A stretch of 64,000 bases of DNA from Candidatus Saccharimonadales bacterium (GTDB lineage Bacteria > Patescibacteriota > Saccharimonadia > Saccharimonadales > 2-12-FULL-41-12), in the NCBI GenBank assembly GCA_051005235.1, contig JBPCJO010000045.1, forward strand, positions 1,024 through 65,023. The letters are read 5' to 3'. The position numbers and the translations under genes are program-made. Under the pieces are notes generated by a model that was given only the letters and a program-made list of their open reading frames with translations, was not told the DNA's origin and did no database searches. Below, piece after piece: positions 17,622 to 27,739 of this stretch; position 1 is the first letter of the stretch; the number at the start of each line of letters is the position of its first letter.

Positions 17622-18065
17622 CTAGTTAGCAGTAGGATTAGGGGCTTCGGGAACCTGCCCACGCATTACACCATACACATGATATGGGTAGCCGTTACTA
17701 TGATTTACGCCTGTAACTAGATGTACTAGTTGAAGTTCGGGATCTTCTACTGCAAGCCGAAGTTTTGTCTCAAAGAAGCGAGGAGTGCTTTTTGTGCCTA
17801 GTTCTCGTTCAGCTACCTCTGCGGCTTCTTGGAGCTTGTCATAATCAGCGGGTATACGATCACTGTACCAATACTCTGCACCATCAACTTCATCTGAACC
17901 ATAGGCTCGCGTAGTTCTACTGTGTGCGTCAAGGAATACTGTTTGCTGAGTATCAAAAGCGGGGTTAGAGTAGTGCGGCCATAGCAACTGCCAAGAAACT
18001 TCTTCATCCTTATTTCTTATGACACGCGTTGGGTCTTCGCCGGTTCTTCCAAATTCAAAAGACAT
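17622..18065 (-). CDS. Hypothetical protein
   Basis: The track start (18101) abuts the tRNA. I prefer the internal ATG at 18065 (MSFEFGRTGEDP...). No motif recognised. Confidence 0.45.
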   Translation of the reverse strand: MSFEFGRTGEDPTRVIRNKDEEVSWQLLWPHYSNPAFDTQQTVFLDAHSRTTRAYGSDEVDGAEYWYSDRIPADYDKLQEAAEVAERELGTKSTPRFFETKLRLAVEDPELQLVHLVTGVNHSNGYPYHVYGVMRGQVPEAPNPTAN

Positions 18066-18103
18066 GAATAATATTATACACAATATTTTACAATGTAGCA
18101 ATA

Positions 18104-18180
18104 TGGTAGCGGCGACTGGATTTGAACCAGTGACCTCAGGCTTATGAGTCCTGCGCTCTAACCAACTGAGCTACGCCGCC
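18104..18180 (-). tRNA. tRNA with CAU anticodon (elongator Met or lysidine-dependent Ile2)
   Basis: GGCGGCGTAGCTCAGTTGGTTAGAGCGCAGGACTCATAAGCCTGAGGTCACTGGTTCAAATCCAGTCGCCGCTACCA folds as a cloverleaf. Position 1:72 is paired (G-U) and CCA is encoded. tilS is present in this window, so an Ile2 identity is possible. Confidence 0.85.
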
Positions 18181-18264
18181 ATACTGTCAAAAAATCTGAT
18201 ATAACAGATTGTAATATACCATTAATTTTGTTATTAACGAACTCCTGCTACAATATAAATCTAG

Positions 18265-18975
18265 ATGGCTATAAATCTAGAACAACCACTTAGCAACGAA
18301 TTTGAACCACAACGAACGACAGATAGCCGTTCGTTTTTTATTGTCGAAAACCAGCCAGCCGGCTCCGAGCTGTATGAGCGAACTCAGGAAGTTTTGGCCT
18401 GGAAACCGGAGATTGGTGTACCAAGCCTGTACCTTAATGACATTCCCGGTATCAATCATGCCTCAATTACCATCGGACACGATACGGACGACAAAACTGC
18501 GGTTTTACAACTGCTTGTTCGTGATGAAAAAGAAGCTAAAATCCTTCACGGTCAAGTTAATGAATCGAGTGAACGCTGGCAGTTAGCATCTGTTGATAAT
18601 CAAGGCAGGATCACCCAAGAAGCAACTATTTGGGATAGCCAGCCGCACGGTTTGTCGGCATTTGTATGTGGCGCTATTGTCCAGGCAAACGTAGTACCAG
18701 CTGCAAGTAATTTATTGACCCAAAGAGCCGCCGCAAAAAAGAAGTATGAAGAGTATCGTGATAGTGGCTGCGAGGAATCAAAAAGCAGCTATTGGTCTAG
18801 TAAACTGGCGATCAAGCATTCAACAATCGGTTTCTCAAGCTCATCGTTTAGCACACTCCAACACATGATTGTGCCCCACAAAGACCAACTTAGTAGATGG
18901 CACAATATCGACCGTTTACCCAACGTGGTAAAAAAATTGTTGGCTGCGCCAGATTACGAAGTAATCGTTAAATAA
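18265..18975 (+). CDS. Hypothetical protein (236 aa)
   Basis: ORF only. TACAAT lies 10 nt upstream of the ATG. Confidence 0.5.
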   Translation: MAINLEQPLSNEFEPQRTTDSRSFFIVENQPAGSELYERTQEVLAWKPEIGVPSLYLNDIPGINHASITIGHDTDDKTAVLQLLVRDEKEAKILHGQVNESSERWQLASVDNQGRITQEATIWDSQPHGLSAFVCGAIVQANVVPAASNLLTQRAAAKKKYEEYRDSGCEESKSSYWSSKLAIKHSTIGFSSSSFSTLQHMIVPHKDQLSRWHNIDRLPNVVKKLLAAPDYEVIVK

Positions 18976-19513
18976 ACTTTACAAGCCGGGCATTGGCGTA
19001 ACGGATGTTGCGTTCGGTGATTGGTAGGTCGTTGACTGCCCGGTACAGCGCCCGGCCGAACGATCCGTGCGATACAACCAAGATAGTTTCGTGGTCTAGC
19101 GAACGCAAATGTTCAAGCGCCCGGTAGGCGCGGTCTTGCATTTGCTGCAAGCTTTCGACGTTTGGATGGACGTCGATGTAGGATTCATCGATAACATGTT
19201 TTTGTCCGATTTCGGTCTTGGCACTTTGGCCCTCCAGGACGCCGTAATTCCGCTCTTTAAACAGTTCACTCAAAACAATTTTTTCATGCGGATAGTCTAC
19301 GTGGGCGGCAACGTGTTTGGCCGTATGGTGGGCTCGTTGTAGCGGTGAACTGATAATAATATCAAAAGCGAGGCCTTCTTTTTTGGCCAGCTTGCCAGCT
19401 AGCTTGGCTTGTTCGTGGCCTTCATCGGTGAGCGGCGTGTCGGAGTGGCCAGACCAAGCCCCCTGCGTATTCATTTCGCTGAGGCCATGCCGGATAAAGT
19501 AGAGATGCTGCAT
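18968..19513 (-). CDS. Histidine phosphatase (phosphoglycerate mutase-like) family protein
   Basis: LYFIRHGLSEMN is the RHG motif, and the downstream SHG (VVSHGSFGRAL) is also present. Confidence 0.8.
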   Translation of the reverse strand: MQHLYFIRHGLSEMNTQGAWSGHSDTPLTDEGHEQAKLAGKLAKKEGLAFDIIISSPLQRAHHTAKHVAAHVDYPHEKIVLSELFKERNYGVLEGQSAKTEIGQKHVIDESYIDVHPNVESLQQMQDRAYRALEHLRSLDHETILVVSHGSFGRALYRAVNDLPITERNIRYANARLVKFI

Positions 19514-19560
19514 TACATCTATTATAGCAATGAATGACCAGGCTGGGCTATAATGGGGCT

Positions 19561-20493
19561 ATGCATGTGTTGGCGGCCCATCAGTTTAATCCGGAGCAAA
19601 TCGGCGCGATCTTTGAAAAAGCCGATGAGTTCCATGGTCAGTTACAGACTGCCGAAGGCCGACGGGAGTTGGCTAGCCTCCATCTTGGAGAACAGGTTTG
19701 CAGCACATTTTACGAATCCTCGACCCGTACCAAAGCGAGCTTTGAACTCGGTGCATTAAAAATGGGTATGCAGGTTTTTGAAACCGAGAATGCTGCCGAG
19801 TTTTCTTCGATTTCAAAGGGTGAAACGATCGAAGACACCATTCGGGTACTTGGCAGCTACGGTGTTGCGGCAATAATCTTGCGTACTAAAAAAGAGGGTG
19901 AAGCGGCTCGTGCAGCCAGTGTCAGCCAGGTACCAATTATCAACGCCGGCGATGGCAAAGCCGAGCACCCAACCCAATCGCTGCTTGACGCCTACACGAT
20001 TCAAAAAGAGATAGGAAGACTAGATAATCTTCGTGTGGTGATGGGCGGGGACTTAAAGCATGGTCGAACGGTACGGTCGTTAAGCCAATTGTTAGCTAAG
20101 TATCCCCAAAATCACATTGCTTTTGTATCGCACCCCGAATTTCGGATGGGTGACGATATTAAAGCAATATTAGATGAGCACGATACAACCTATGACGAAA
20201 CTTCCGAGATGTATGATCCGCTGCACGATGCAGACGTGGTGTATTGGACTCGGTCACAGACTGAACGCCATGATGATCAAGATTCGCCCGCGGACGGCGA
20301 ATTTGTAATTGACACCGTTGCCTTAGAAGCCATGAATAAAGATGCTATTATTATGCACCCCTTACCCCGTGTTGGTGAAATTACTTTAGCTGTTGATAGC
20401 GATCCGCGCGCTAAGTATTTTATACAAGCCGAAAATGGCTTGTATATTCGCATGGCGCTACTTGACCAAGCCGTTTCAGTCGTTAGACAATAA
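19561..20493 (+). CDS. pyrB: Aspartate carbamoyltransferase catalytic subunit
   Basis: STRTKASFE (the STRTR motif), HPTQSLLD and HPLPRV are present. I prefer the ATG at 19561 because TATAAT (19549..19554) lies downstream of the track start at 19534. Confidence 0.8.
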   Translation: MHVLAAHQFNPEQIGAIFEKADEFHGQLQTAEGRRELASLHLGEQVCSTFYESSTRTKASFELGALKMGMQVFETENAAEFSSISKGETIEDTIRVLGSYGVAAIILRTKKEGEAARAASVSQVPIINAGDGKAEHPTQSLLDAYTIQKEIGRLDNLRVVMGGDLKHGRTVRSLSQLLAKYPQNHIAFVSHPEFRMGDDIKAILDEHDTTYDETSEMYDPLHDADVVYWTRSQTERHDDQDSPADGEFVIDTVALEAMNKDAIIMHPLPRVGEITLAVDSDPRAKYFIQAENGLYIRMALLDQAVSVVRQ

Positions 20494-20494
20494 A

Positions 20495-21367
20495 ATGAAT
20501 ATAGCTTTAGAGCCGGGAAAATACGTCGTTGCCGTGTCGGGCGGCATTGACTCGGTCGCGTTGCTACATATGCTCCGGGCGCAACCAGGCTTAGAGCTCA
20601 TCGTTGGTCATTTTAATCATGGGATCCGGCCGGACGCAGACGACGATAGGCGGTTTGTAGAAGGCCTGGCTCATAGTTACGGCCTGCCATTCATATCAGA
20701 AGCCGTGGTGCTTGGGCCTAAAGCCAGCGAAGAGACGGCCCGGACACATCGCTATGCGTTTTTGCGTGCGGTTCGCGAGCAAGCCAATGCAACCGCGATT
20801 GTCACGGCCCACCAGCAGGACGACGTAATCGAGACGGCGTTGCTGAACGTGATGCGAGGCACGAAGCGCCGTGGTTTTGTGTCGTTACAGTCAACCAGCG
20901 ACATTCAGCGGCCACTTTTGCATATGACAAAACAGGCCATTCGCGACTATGCGCTCGAGCACAATTTGGAGTGGTCCGAAGACAGTACCAACCAGGCGAT
21001 GGATTATTTGAGAAATCGAATTCGAGGTCGGCTTCACCAATCGTTAACTGCTCAAAAGCGGCAGCAGATTATGGATTTACTGCAAACCATAAGTGTGCAA
21101 AATGCAGAAATCGACGTACTTGTTAACGAAATTTTAATGAAAAATGAGACACGTTTAGAAAAATCTAAAATTGATATTGCGGATAGCGAAGTGGCTGCCG
21201 AAATTATGGCTGGCTGGCTGCGACGTAACCAAACTAACTTCGATAAAAAGACAATTACGCGTCTGGTTAACGGGGCAAAAAAACTGCGTAATGGCGCTAA
21301 AGTAGACATCGATAAACAGTACTATTGCCTGCTTACGAAACACGAAATTGTTCTAACTCCTAGATAA
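20495..21367 (+). CDS. tilS: tRNA(Ile)-lysidine synthetase
   Basis: PP-loop VAVSGGIDSVALLHML. The start was moved to the ATG at 20495, just after the pyrB stop. Confidence 0.8.
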   Translation: MNIALEPGKYVVAVSGGIDSVALLHMLRAQPGLELIVGHFNHGIRPDADDDRRFVEGLAHSYGLPFISEAVVLGPKASEETARTHRYAFLRAVREQANATAIVTAHQQDDVIETALLNVMRGTKRRGFVSLQSTSDIQRPLLHMTKQAIRDYALEHNLEWSEDSTNQAMDYLRNRIRGRLHQSLTAQKRQQIMDLLQTISVQNAEIDVLVNEILMKNETRLEKSKIDIADSEVAAEIMAGWLRRNQTNFDKKTITRLVNGAKKLRNGAKVDIDKQYYCLLTKHEIVLTPR

Positions 21368-21388
21368 TCTGTATAATATCTTCTGTCT

Positions 21389-23272
21389 ATGGATAAGAAA
21401 CCCTTTAAAATCAATCCATCTGGTGGAACTGGTGGAGGCAATAAGCGCAAGAATAGCTTCAGGAACGCTGGATTTATTGCGTTGCTGTTACTTTTTGGGC
21501 TGATTATTTACTCTTCCACTAACCAACCGAGTAAACTTGACGACGCTACCTTCTCGGACGTTATTCGTCGTGCCAACAATGGTGAAATTAAAAAAATCGA
21601 TATTGCCGGCGATGAGCTGAGCATCACAAAAAAGGATGAAGATAACCCAAGTGAGAAGTCCCGCAAAGAAGCCGGCACCAGTATTTATGAGCAAGGTCTA
21701 AAGACTGACGCGCCGGTAATTGTCGATAATAAAGAACAATCAAACAGTGGACAACTCTGGACAAATATCGGCATTAGCTTACTACCTATCTTGATTATTT
21801 GTATCATCTTGTTCTACATGCTGCGCAGCGCCCAAGGGCAAGGCAACCAGGCAATGAGTTTTGGTAAGAGCCGAGCCCGCTTGTATGGCAACGAAAAAGA
21901 AAAGGTCACCTTTGCCAATATTGCCGGTAGCGACGAGGCCAAACAAGACCTCGAAGAAGTCGTTGAGTTCTTGAAATTCCCAAAAAAGTTTGATGCCGTC
22001 GGTGCCCGCATACCAAAAGGCGTTTTACTGGTTGGTCCTCCTGGAACTGGTAAGACCATGCTGGCCCGGGCTGTTGCCGGCGAAGCAGACACACCATTCT
22101 TTAGTATTAGTGGTTCTGAGTTCGTAGAAATGTTTGTCGGTGTTGGTGCCTCTCGCGTCCGCGACTTGTTTGCTAAAGCCAAAAAGAACGCGCCCTGTAT
22201 TATCTTTGTTGACGAAATTGACGCCGTTGGCCGCAAGCGCGGGTCGGGCATGGGCGGCGGGCATGACGAACGAGAGCAAACTTTAAACCAAATTTTAGTC
22301 GAAATGGACGGATTTGAACAAGGTCAGAATGTTATTGTATTGGCTGCCACAAACCGGGGCGATGTGCTTGACCCGGCGTTACTACGCCCCGGCCGCTTTG
22401 ACCGCCGTGTCCACATTGGTCTGCCAGATCGCCGCGACCGCGAAGCGATTCTTAAAGTCCACCTTAAAAAGAAGCCAGTCGGAAAATCGGTTGATATCGC
22501 ATCGCTGGCGGCTAAAACTGCTGGTAGTTCTGGTGCCGACTTGGCTAACATTGCCAACGAAGCCGCTATCTTAGCTGCCCGTAGAAATAGTAAAGAAATT
22601 ACCAACCAGATTATTACAGATGCTTTTGAAAAAGTCGCAATTGGACCTGAGCGTAAAAGCAAGGTAATGAGCGAAAAAGAAAAAGAGTTGACTGCCTACC
22701 ACGAAGCCGGTCACGCCATTGTTGGCCATGTCTTACCCGACAGCGACTTAGTACATAAAGTAACGATTATTCCGCGCGGTGGCACGGGCGGTGTTACTTG
22801 GTTTATCCCGCCAGAAGACAAAGACTATCACAGCATTCGCGAATATAAAGACGTACTGGCCCGCATGCTGGGCGGACGTATTGCCGAAGAGATAATGTAC
22901 AGCAAAGACCAAGTTACAACCGGCGCCGGGTCTGACTTGCAAAAAGCCGCCGAACTGGCCCGCGAAATGATTATCAACCAAGGCATGGGCGATAAACTGC
23001 GCGACCAAGTCTTTCACATCGAATCCGGCATGATGTTCGAGCGCATGACTCACGAGCGACAATATTCCGAAGCCACCGCCAAAATCATTGACGACGAAGT
23101 TGAAGCCCTTATCACCGAAGCCGCCAGCCGCGCCCGTGAAGTCATCAAGGCGAACCTCAGGTACCTCGAAGCCCTCAAAGTAGTATTGCTCGAAAAAGAA
23201 ACCGTCGAAGCCGCCGAAGTCATCAAGATTTTCGAAGGCTCGCATTTGCCCAAGTCCGCAGCAATGTACTAG
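21389..23272 (+). CDS. ftsH: ATP-dependent zinc metalloprotease FtsH
   Basis: Walker A GPPGTGKT, the SRH region, and the HEAGHA zinc motif. 627 aa. Confidence 0.95.
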   Translation: MDKKPFKINPSGGTGGGNKRKNSFRNAGFIALLLLFGLIIYSSTNQPSKLDDATFSDVIRRANNGEIKKIDIAGDELSITKKDEDNPSEKSRKEAGTSIYEQGLKTDAPVIVDNKEQSNSGQLWTNIGISLLPILIICIILFYMLRSAQGQGNQAMSFGKSRARLYGNEKEKVTFANIAGSDEAKQDLEEVVEFLKFPKKFDAVGARIPKGVLLVGPPGTGKTMLARAVAGEADTPFFSISGSEFVEMFVGVGASRVRDLFAKAKKNAPCIIFVDEIDAVGRKRGSGMGGGHDEREQTLNQILVEMDGFEQGQNVIVLAATNRGDVLDPALLRPGRFDRRVHIGLPDRRDREAILKVHLKKKPVGKSVDIASLAAKTAGSSGADLANIANEAAILAARRNSKEITNQIITDAFEKVAIGPERKSKVMSEKEKELTAYHEAGHAIVGHVLPDSDLVHKVTIIPRGGTGGVTWFIPPEDKDYHSIREYKDVLARMLGGRIAEEIMYSKDQVTTGAGSDLQKAAELAREMIINQGMGDKLRDQVFHIESGMMFERMTHERQYSEATAKIIDDEVEALITEAASRAREVIKANLRYLEALKVVLLEKETVEAAEVIKIFEGSHLPKSAAMY

Positions 23273-23295
23273 GCTGCCGGCCCATTAAGTATCAG

Positions 23296-23349
23296 GCTAC
23301 TATAGAATGTGAACCGTTGTACGCACATTGGCTCACATTCTATAGTGGC
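23296..23349 (+). other. Long hairpin downstream of ftsH
   Basis: ACTATAGAATGTGA (23299..23312) pairs with TCACATTCTATAGT (23333..23346), plus 3 flanking pairs and a 20-nt loop. There is no U-tract. Confidence 0.6.
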
Positions 23350-23378
23350 CTCGTAGATACGTTTAAGTAGCTATAAAA

Positions 23379-23408
23379 TTGACACTAATATGTACATATC
23401 CGTGTCAA
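23379..23408. promoter_or_regulatory. 30-bp near-perfect palindrome upstream of murJ
   Basis: TTGACAC-TA-ATATGTACATAT-CC-GTGTCAA. 26 of 30 positions are symmetric. Confidence 0.45.
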
Positions 23409-23488
23409 AACCATAGTGTGTGAAATGACGCGTACTTATTTCAATTAGAAGTGTAAAATTACGCTAAACAGCTTATAATGAGGCACTA

Positions 23489-25087
23489 GTGAATCGTCGA
23501 ACTCGCCTCATGACGCGTGCCAATAAACGCATTAGCCTCGGTAATGCCGCCGCGTTATTAGTATTTGCTTCGATGTTTGGCCTGATACTCGGTTTTTTGC
23601 GAACCAAGCTGGTAAACGCTAACTTTAGTGCGCTTGGCCCGGAGAGTACCGACGCCTATTTTGCTGCTTTCAAAATTCCTGACTTGTTCTTTTTTACGGT
23701 TGCCGCTGGTGCTCTGGGCGTTGCCTTTATGCCGTTTTTGGCCGATAAGTTAGCCAAGAACGACCGAAAAGCCATCTGGGAACTCAGCAATAGTTTGCTC
23801 AACCTGCTGGCTATTATCATGTTCTTTGTGGGGATAATCATCTTTGTGTTTGCTGAGCCGTTGATCCGGCATGTAGTGGCACCAACTATGAGTGAGGAAC
23901 AAGTACATAATGCAGTGACCATCATGCGCTACATTGCGTTTAACCCATTCTTATTTACTATTTCTGGTATTTTAACCAGTGTTCAGCAAACGTTTGGTAG
24001 ATTCTTCTTTTTCGCCATTGCGCCGCTTTTTTATAACGGCTGTATTATTGTAAGTATTTACGTCTTTCAAGACAGCCTGGGCTTGATTGGTCTTGGCGTT
24101 GGTGCTTTAATCGGTGCGATTTTGCAACTACTTGTTTCACTATTTGGTTTTATCGGCCTAAAGTATCGCTATAAAACAGAGATTAAGTGGGCAAACCCCG
24201 ATTTTCGTTTAATCTTAAAACAACTGCCGTCTCGTTCACTAGACCAAGGCATTGATTCGTTAAACAGTATCGTCGAAACTAACTTGGCCCGGCGGCTTGG
24301 CGAAGGAAAACTTAGCTACTACGAGAATGCCTTTATTTTGCATACCGCACCGACGTTATTAATTGGGACAACCATTTCAACCGCGGCCTTTCCGCGACTA
24401 ACTGATCGTTTATCACAAAATCGACCAGACTTGTTTCGTAGAGATTTCTTGCAGATTTTACGGGTAATCGTTTGGCTGACGTTGCCAGTCGCCGTTATCG
24501 CGTACTTTACCAGGGGCTATCTGGCCCGTTTAATTTTTACCAACGACGCGCCGCAAATTGCTTTAATCCTAGGCTTCTTTACGGGAGCTATTTTGTTCCG
24601 TACGATTTATGCGCTGGTATCGCGCTGGTTCTACGCTCAAAAAGACTCACGCACGCCTTTGTATGTTTCGTTATTTGCGATCGCCTTAAACATTGTACTG
24701 GCATATGTGTTGTCGCGGCCCGACGCCTACGATGTTGCTGGCCTGGCTATGGCGCAGTCAATCGTGGCGGCCGCCGAAGTATTTATCTTGTTCCTTATCA
24801 TGATGATGCGCGACCATAAGCTACTCAACAAAGAATTTTGGAGCGCGATGTACCGCATTTTATCTGTTACTGGCTTTTCGGTGATCGCGGCCTTTATTAT
24901 GCTTTCACTCCTGCCGCTCAATACCAATGACCGTGGTTTTGTAACGTTGGGCGCAAAACTCGGGGCGATTTCAACTGTTACATTATTGGTGCACTTTGGC
25001 ATGTCGACGCTATTCGGGCTGGAAGAAGTTCGGCCAGTTATACGCAAAGTTCGCAAAATGATTATGGCGCCGATTAAAATTCAGTAA
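23489..25087 (+). CDS. murJ: Lipid II flippase MurJ/MviN
   Basis: 532 aa polytopic membrane protein with a MurJ-like N-terminus (LGFLRTKLVNANFSALGPESTDAYFAAFKIPD). GTG start 9 nt after TATAAT. An ATG at 23510 is an alternative start. Confidence 0.8.
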   Translation: MNRRTRLMTRANKRISLGNAAALLVFASMFGLILGFLRTKLVNANFSALGPESTDAYFAAFKIPDLFFFTVAAGALGVAFMPFLADKLAKNDRKAIWELSNSLLNLLAIIMFFVGIIIFVFAEPLIRHVVAPTMSEEQVHNAVTIMRYIAFNPFLFTISGILTSVQQTFGRFFFFAIAPLFYNGCIIVSIYVFQDSLGLIGLGVGALIGAILQLLVSLFGFIGLKYRYKTEIKWANPDFRLILKQLPSRSLDQGIDSLNSIVETNLARRLGEGKLSYYENAFILHTAPTLLIGTTISTAAFPRLTDRLSQNRPDLFRRDFLQILRVIVWLTLPVAVIAYFTRGYLARLIFTNDAPQIALILGFFTGAILFRTIYALVSRWFYAQKDSRTPLYVSLFAIALNIVLAYVLSRPDAYDVAGLAMAQSIVAAAEVFILFLIMMMRDHKLLNKEFWSAMYRILSVTGFSVIAAFIMLSLLPLNTNDRGFVTLGAKLGAISTVTLLVHFGMSTLFGLEEVRPVIRKVRKMIMAPIKIQ

Positions 25088-25112
25088 GCTCTATCTGTTA
25101 TAATGGCTTGAA

Positions 25113-26894
25113 ATGGATCAGTCACATATTCGGAACTTTTGTATTATCGCGCATATTGACCACGGCAAAAGCACCTTGGCCGATAGGCTATTGGAGGTGA
25201 CCGGTACCGTCTTAAAACGTGACATGAAGGCTCAACTACTCGACAAAATGGATCTGGAGCGTGAAAAGGGCATCACGATCAAGCTAGCCCCGGTACGCAT
25301 GAACCACGCAGGTTACCAGTTAAACTTGATTGATACCCCAGGGCACGTCGATTTCTCGTATGAGGTGTCACGAAGCCTAGAGGCCTGCGAGGGCGCTATA
25401 TTAGTGGTAGACGCCAGTCAGGGTATCCAAGCCCAGACATTGGCCAATGTGTACCTTGCACTGGGTGCCGACCTGACGATTATCCCGGTTTTAAATAAAA
25501 TTGACCTGCTCGCCGCCGATGTTCCTAAAGTCACCAAAGAAGTCGTTAACTTACTGGGTTGCAAGCCCGACGACATTTTACAGATAAGTGCTAAAACGGG
25601 CGTCGGCGTCGATACTGTCCTTGACGCAGTCATTGAGCGCATTAAACCGCCCCAAACCAATACCGGCACGACAACGCGGGCGCTCATCTTCGACAGTTAT
25701 TACGACGACTACCGCGGCGTCGTGCTCTACGTTCGGGTGGTCGATGGCGTCATCAAAAAGACCGACATCATTAAAATGCTGGCTACTAGCGCCGAAGGCA
25801 TTGCGCTCGAAGTTGGTTCACTGGCACCGGCGATGGATCCGCAGACCCATCTTAACACCGGAGAAATTGGCTACATTGTGACCAACTTACGTAGCACCCG
25901 CGAGGCCAAAGTCGGCGACACCGTTACATTAGCTAGCGCACCCGCGATACAAGCATTGCCTGGCTACAAAGATGTAAAGCCGTTTGTGTATGCTGGTTTT
26001 TTCCCCGCTAGTAACGAGCAATACCAAGACTTAAAAGATGCCATCGAAAAGCTAACCCTCAGCGATTCGGCCTTGCAATACGAGCTCGAAAACTCGCCAG
26101 TACTGGGTTTTGGCGTACGGATCGGCTTTTTGGGCTTACTCCATATGGATATTGTGCGCGCCCGGCTGGAGCGGGAATACAACCTCGACCTGATTGTTAC
26201 CAACCCCAGCACCGACTATAAAGTCCGGTTATTAAACGGCGATGAAATCGACATAAAAAGCGCGGCCGACTTGCCCGATCCTGCCAAGATCCTTGAGATC
26301 GCCGAGCCGTGGATAAAAGGCGAGATTGTGGTGCCCAAAACGTACGTCGGTGCCGTCATCCAGCTCGTCTCTGGCAAACGCGGCGTCCACAAAAACGTCA
26401 GTTACGTTGACGACCAGCTAGCTTTAGTAGCCTTTGATGCGCCGCTGGCTAATTTACTGACCGACTTCTACGATCAACTCAAAAGTGTAACCAGCGGCTA
26501 CGGCAGCTTTAACTACGAGTTATCCGATTACCGTGTCGAAGATCTTGTCCGGGTAGATTTTTACGTTGCCGCCGAAATTGTAAACGCGCTGTCGATTATG
26601 GTTCATAAAACCGAGGCAGAAGCGGTTGGTCGGGACGTTGTAACTAAGCTCAAAGAAGTTATTCCACGCCATAACTTCCAGATACCATTGCAGGCAGCTA
26701 TTGGTGGCCGCTTTATCGCCCGTGCCGACGTAACGGCTTACCGCAAAGACGTAACCGCCAAATTATATGGCGGCGATGTCAGCCGACGTAAAAAACTGCT
26801 CGAAAAACAAAAGAAAGGTAAGGCCCGTGCCAAACGATTCGGCAATGTTGATATTCCGGCCGAAGCGTTTACGGTGCTACTTAAACGGGACTAG
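25113..26894 (+). CDS. lepA: Elongation factor 4
   Basis: IRNFCIIAHIDHGKSTLADRLLE and DTPGHVDF, with the characteristic LepA C-terminus. Confidence 0.95.
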   Translation: MDQSHIRNFCIIAHIDHGKSTLADRLLEVTGTVLKRDMKAQLLDKMDLEREKGITIKLAPVRMNHAGYQLNLIDTPGHVDFSYEVSRSLEACEGAILVVDASQGIQAQTLANVYLALGADLTIIPVLNKIDLLAADVPKVTKEVVNLLGCKPDDILQISAKTGVGVDTVLDAVIERIKPPQTNTGTTTRALIFDSYYDDYRGVVLYVRVVDGVIKKTDIIKMLATSAEGIALEVGSLAPAMDPQTHLNTGEIGYIVTNLRSTREAKVGDTVTLASAPAIQALPGYKDVKPFVYAGFFPASNEQYQDLKDAIEKLTLSDSALQYELENSPVLGFGVRIGFLGLLHMDIVRARLEREYNLDLIVTNPSTDYKVRLLNGDEIDIKSAADLPDPAKILEIAEPWIKGEIVVPKTYVGAVIQLVSGKRGVHKNVSYVDDQLALVAFDAPLANLLTDFYDQLKSVTSGYGSFNYELSDYRVEDLVRVDFYVAAEIVNALSIMVHKTEAEAVGRDVVTKLKEVIPRHNFQIPLQAAIGGRFIARADVTAYRKDVTAKLYGGDVSRRKKLLEKQKKGKARAKRFGNVDIPAEAFTVLLKRD

Positions 26895-26896
26895 TT

Positions 26897-27619
26897 ATGA
26901 GTCGATTGTTAAACTCCCAAGAAGCCCTCGAATTTAAGAATTTAATAGATGACTATTCCTTGCATGAAGACGGCTTAAAACAATTTCAGGACAGCAATTT
27001 CGGTATTATCGCTGGTCCGGCCGGTGCCGGTAAAGACACGTTACGTAACAGTCTAACCGAACATTATCCCGAACTCTATGTGCCACTTTTATCTACCACA
27101 ACACGGCCACCACGCACCGGTGAACATAATGGTGAAACATACTATTTTCGCGAAATCGAAGAAGTACGGAGTGGCCTGGAGCAACGGGAATTCTTTCAGG
27201 CAGAACTGGTTCATAACCAACAAGTGTCGGGCTTACATTTAGATGAAATCCGTACGTTAGCATTTGGCCAAACGGGGCTTAGTATTTTAGTTATTGAAGC
27301 TGAACGAAAGATTAGAGTTATAAAGCCCAGCGTCAAAACAGTATTTTTGATACCGCCGGACGTTGCAACACTGACTGCCCGCATGCAATCAGAACGGATG
27401 TTAGACGATGCCGAAATAAATCGTCGGCTAGATGCGGCGCGGACCGAAATCGGCTACGCACTAGAGACTCAGGACTACTATTGCCTGGTAAGCGATACTA
27501 TTGAAAATGTACTGAGTGCAGCCCATGGGTTCTTTCAAAATAGTGAGCGCAGTGAGGCGCTAAACGCTACTGCCCGCGCCGTAATGCGCCAAATACTGGA
27601 TACATTAAACGATTGGTAA
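26897..27619 (+). CDS. Divergent guanylate kinase-like protein
   Basis: P-loop GPAGAGKDT and TTTRPPRTGEHNGETYYF, but the conserved (G)N.YGT segment is replaced by HNQQVSGL. Confidence 0.6.
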   Translation: MSRLLNSQEALEFKNLIDDYSLHEDGLKQFQDSNFGIIAGPAGAGKDTLRNSLTEHYPELYVPLLSTTTRPPRTGEHNGETYYFREIEEVRSGLEQREFFQAELVHNQQVSGLHLDEIRTLAFGQTGLSILVIEAERKIRVIKPSVKTVFLIPPDVATLTARMQSERMLDDAEINRRLDAARTEIGYALETQDYYCLVSDTIENVLSAAHGFFQNSERSEALNATARAVMRQILDTLNDW

Positions 27620-27739
27620 TAGGATAGGTGTATGGCTGAAGATAAAAATCGGGTTTCGTTTAACAAAGCTGAGATTAAATTTATTAAAAAACTAGACGAA
27701 AAACGCGGAACAATCTACCAGAAGTTGAATTAATTTTTT

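Noticed and set aside
27632-27733. A 33-codon ORF (MAEDKNRVSFNKAEIKFIKKLDEKRGTIYQKLN) between the two guanylate-kinase-like genes.
   Set aside because: It fills the spacer neatly and could be real, but it has no recognisable motif or strong SD. I left it out of the feature list pending conservation or translation data.
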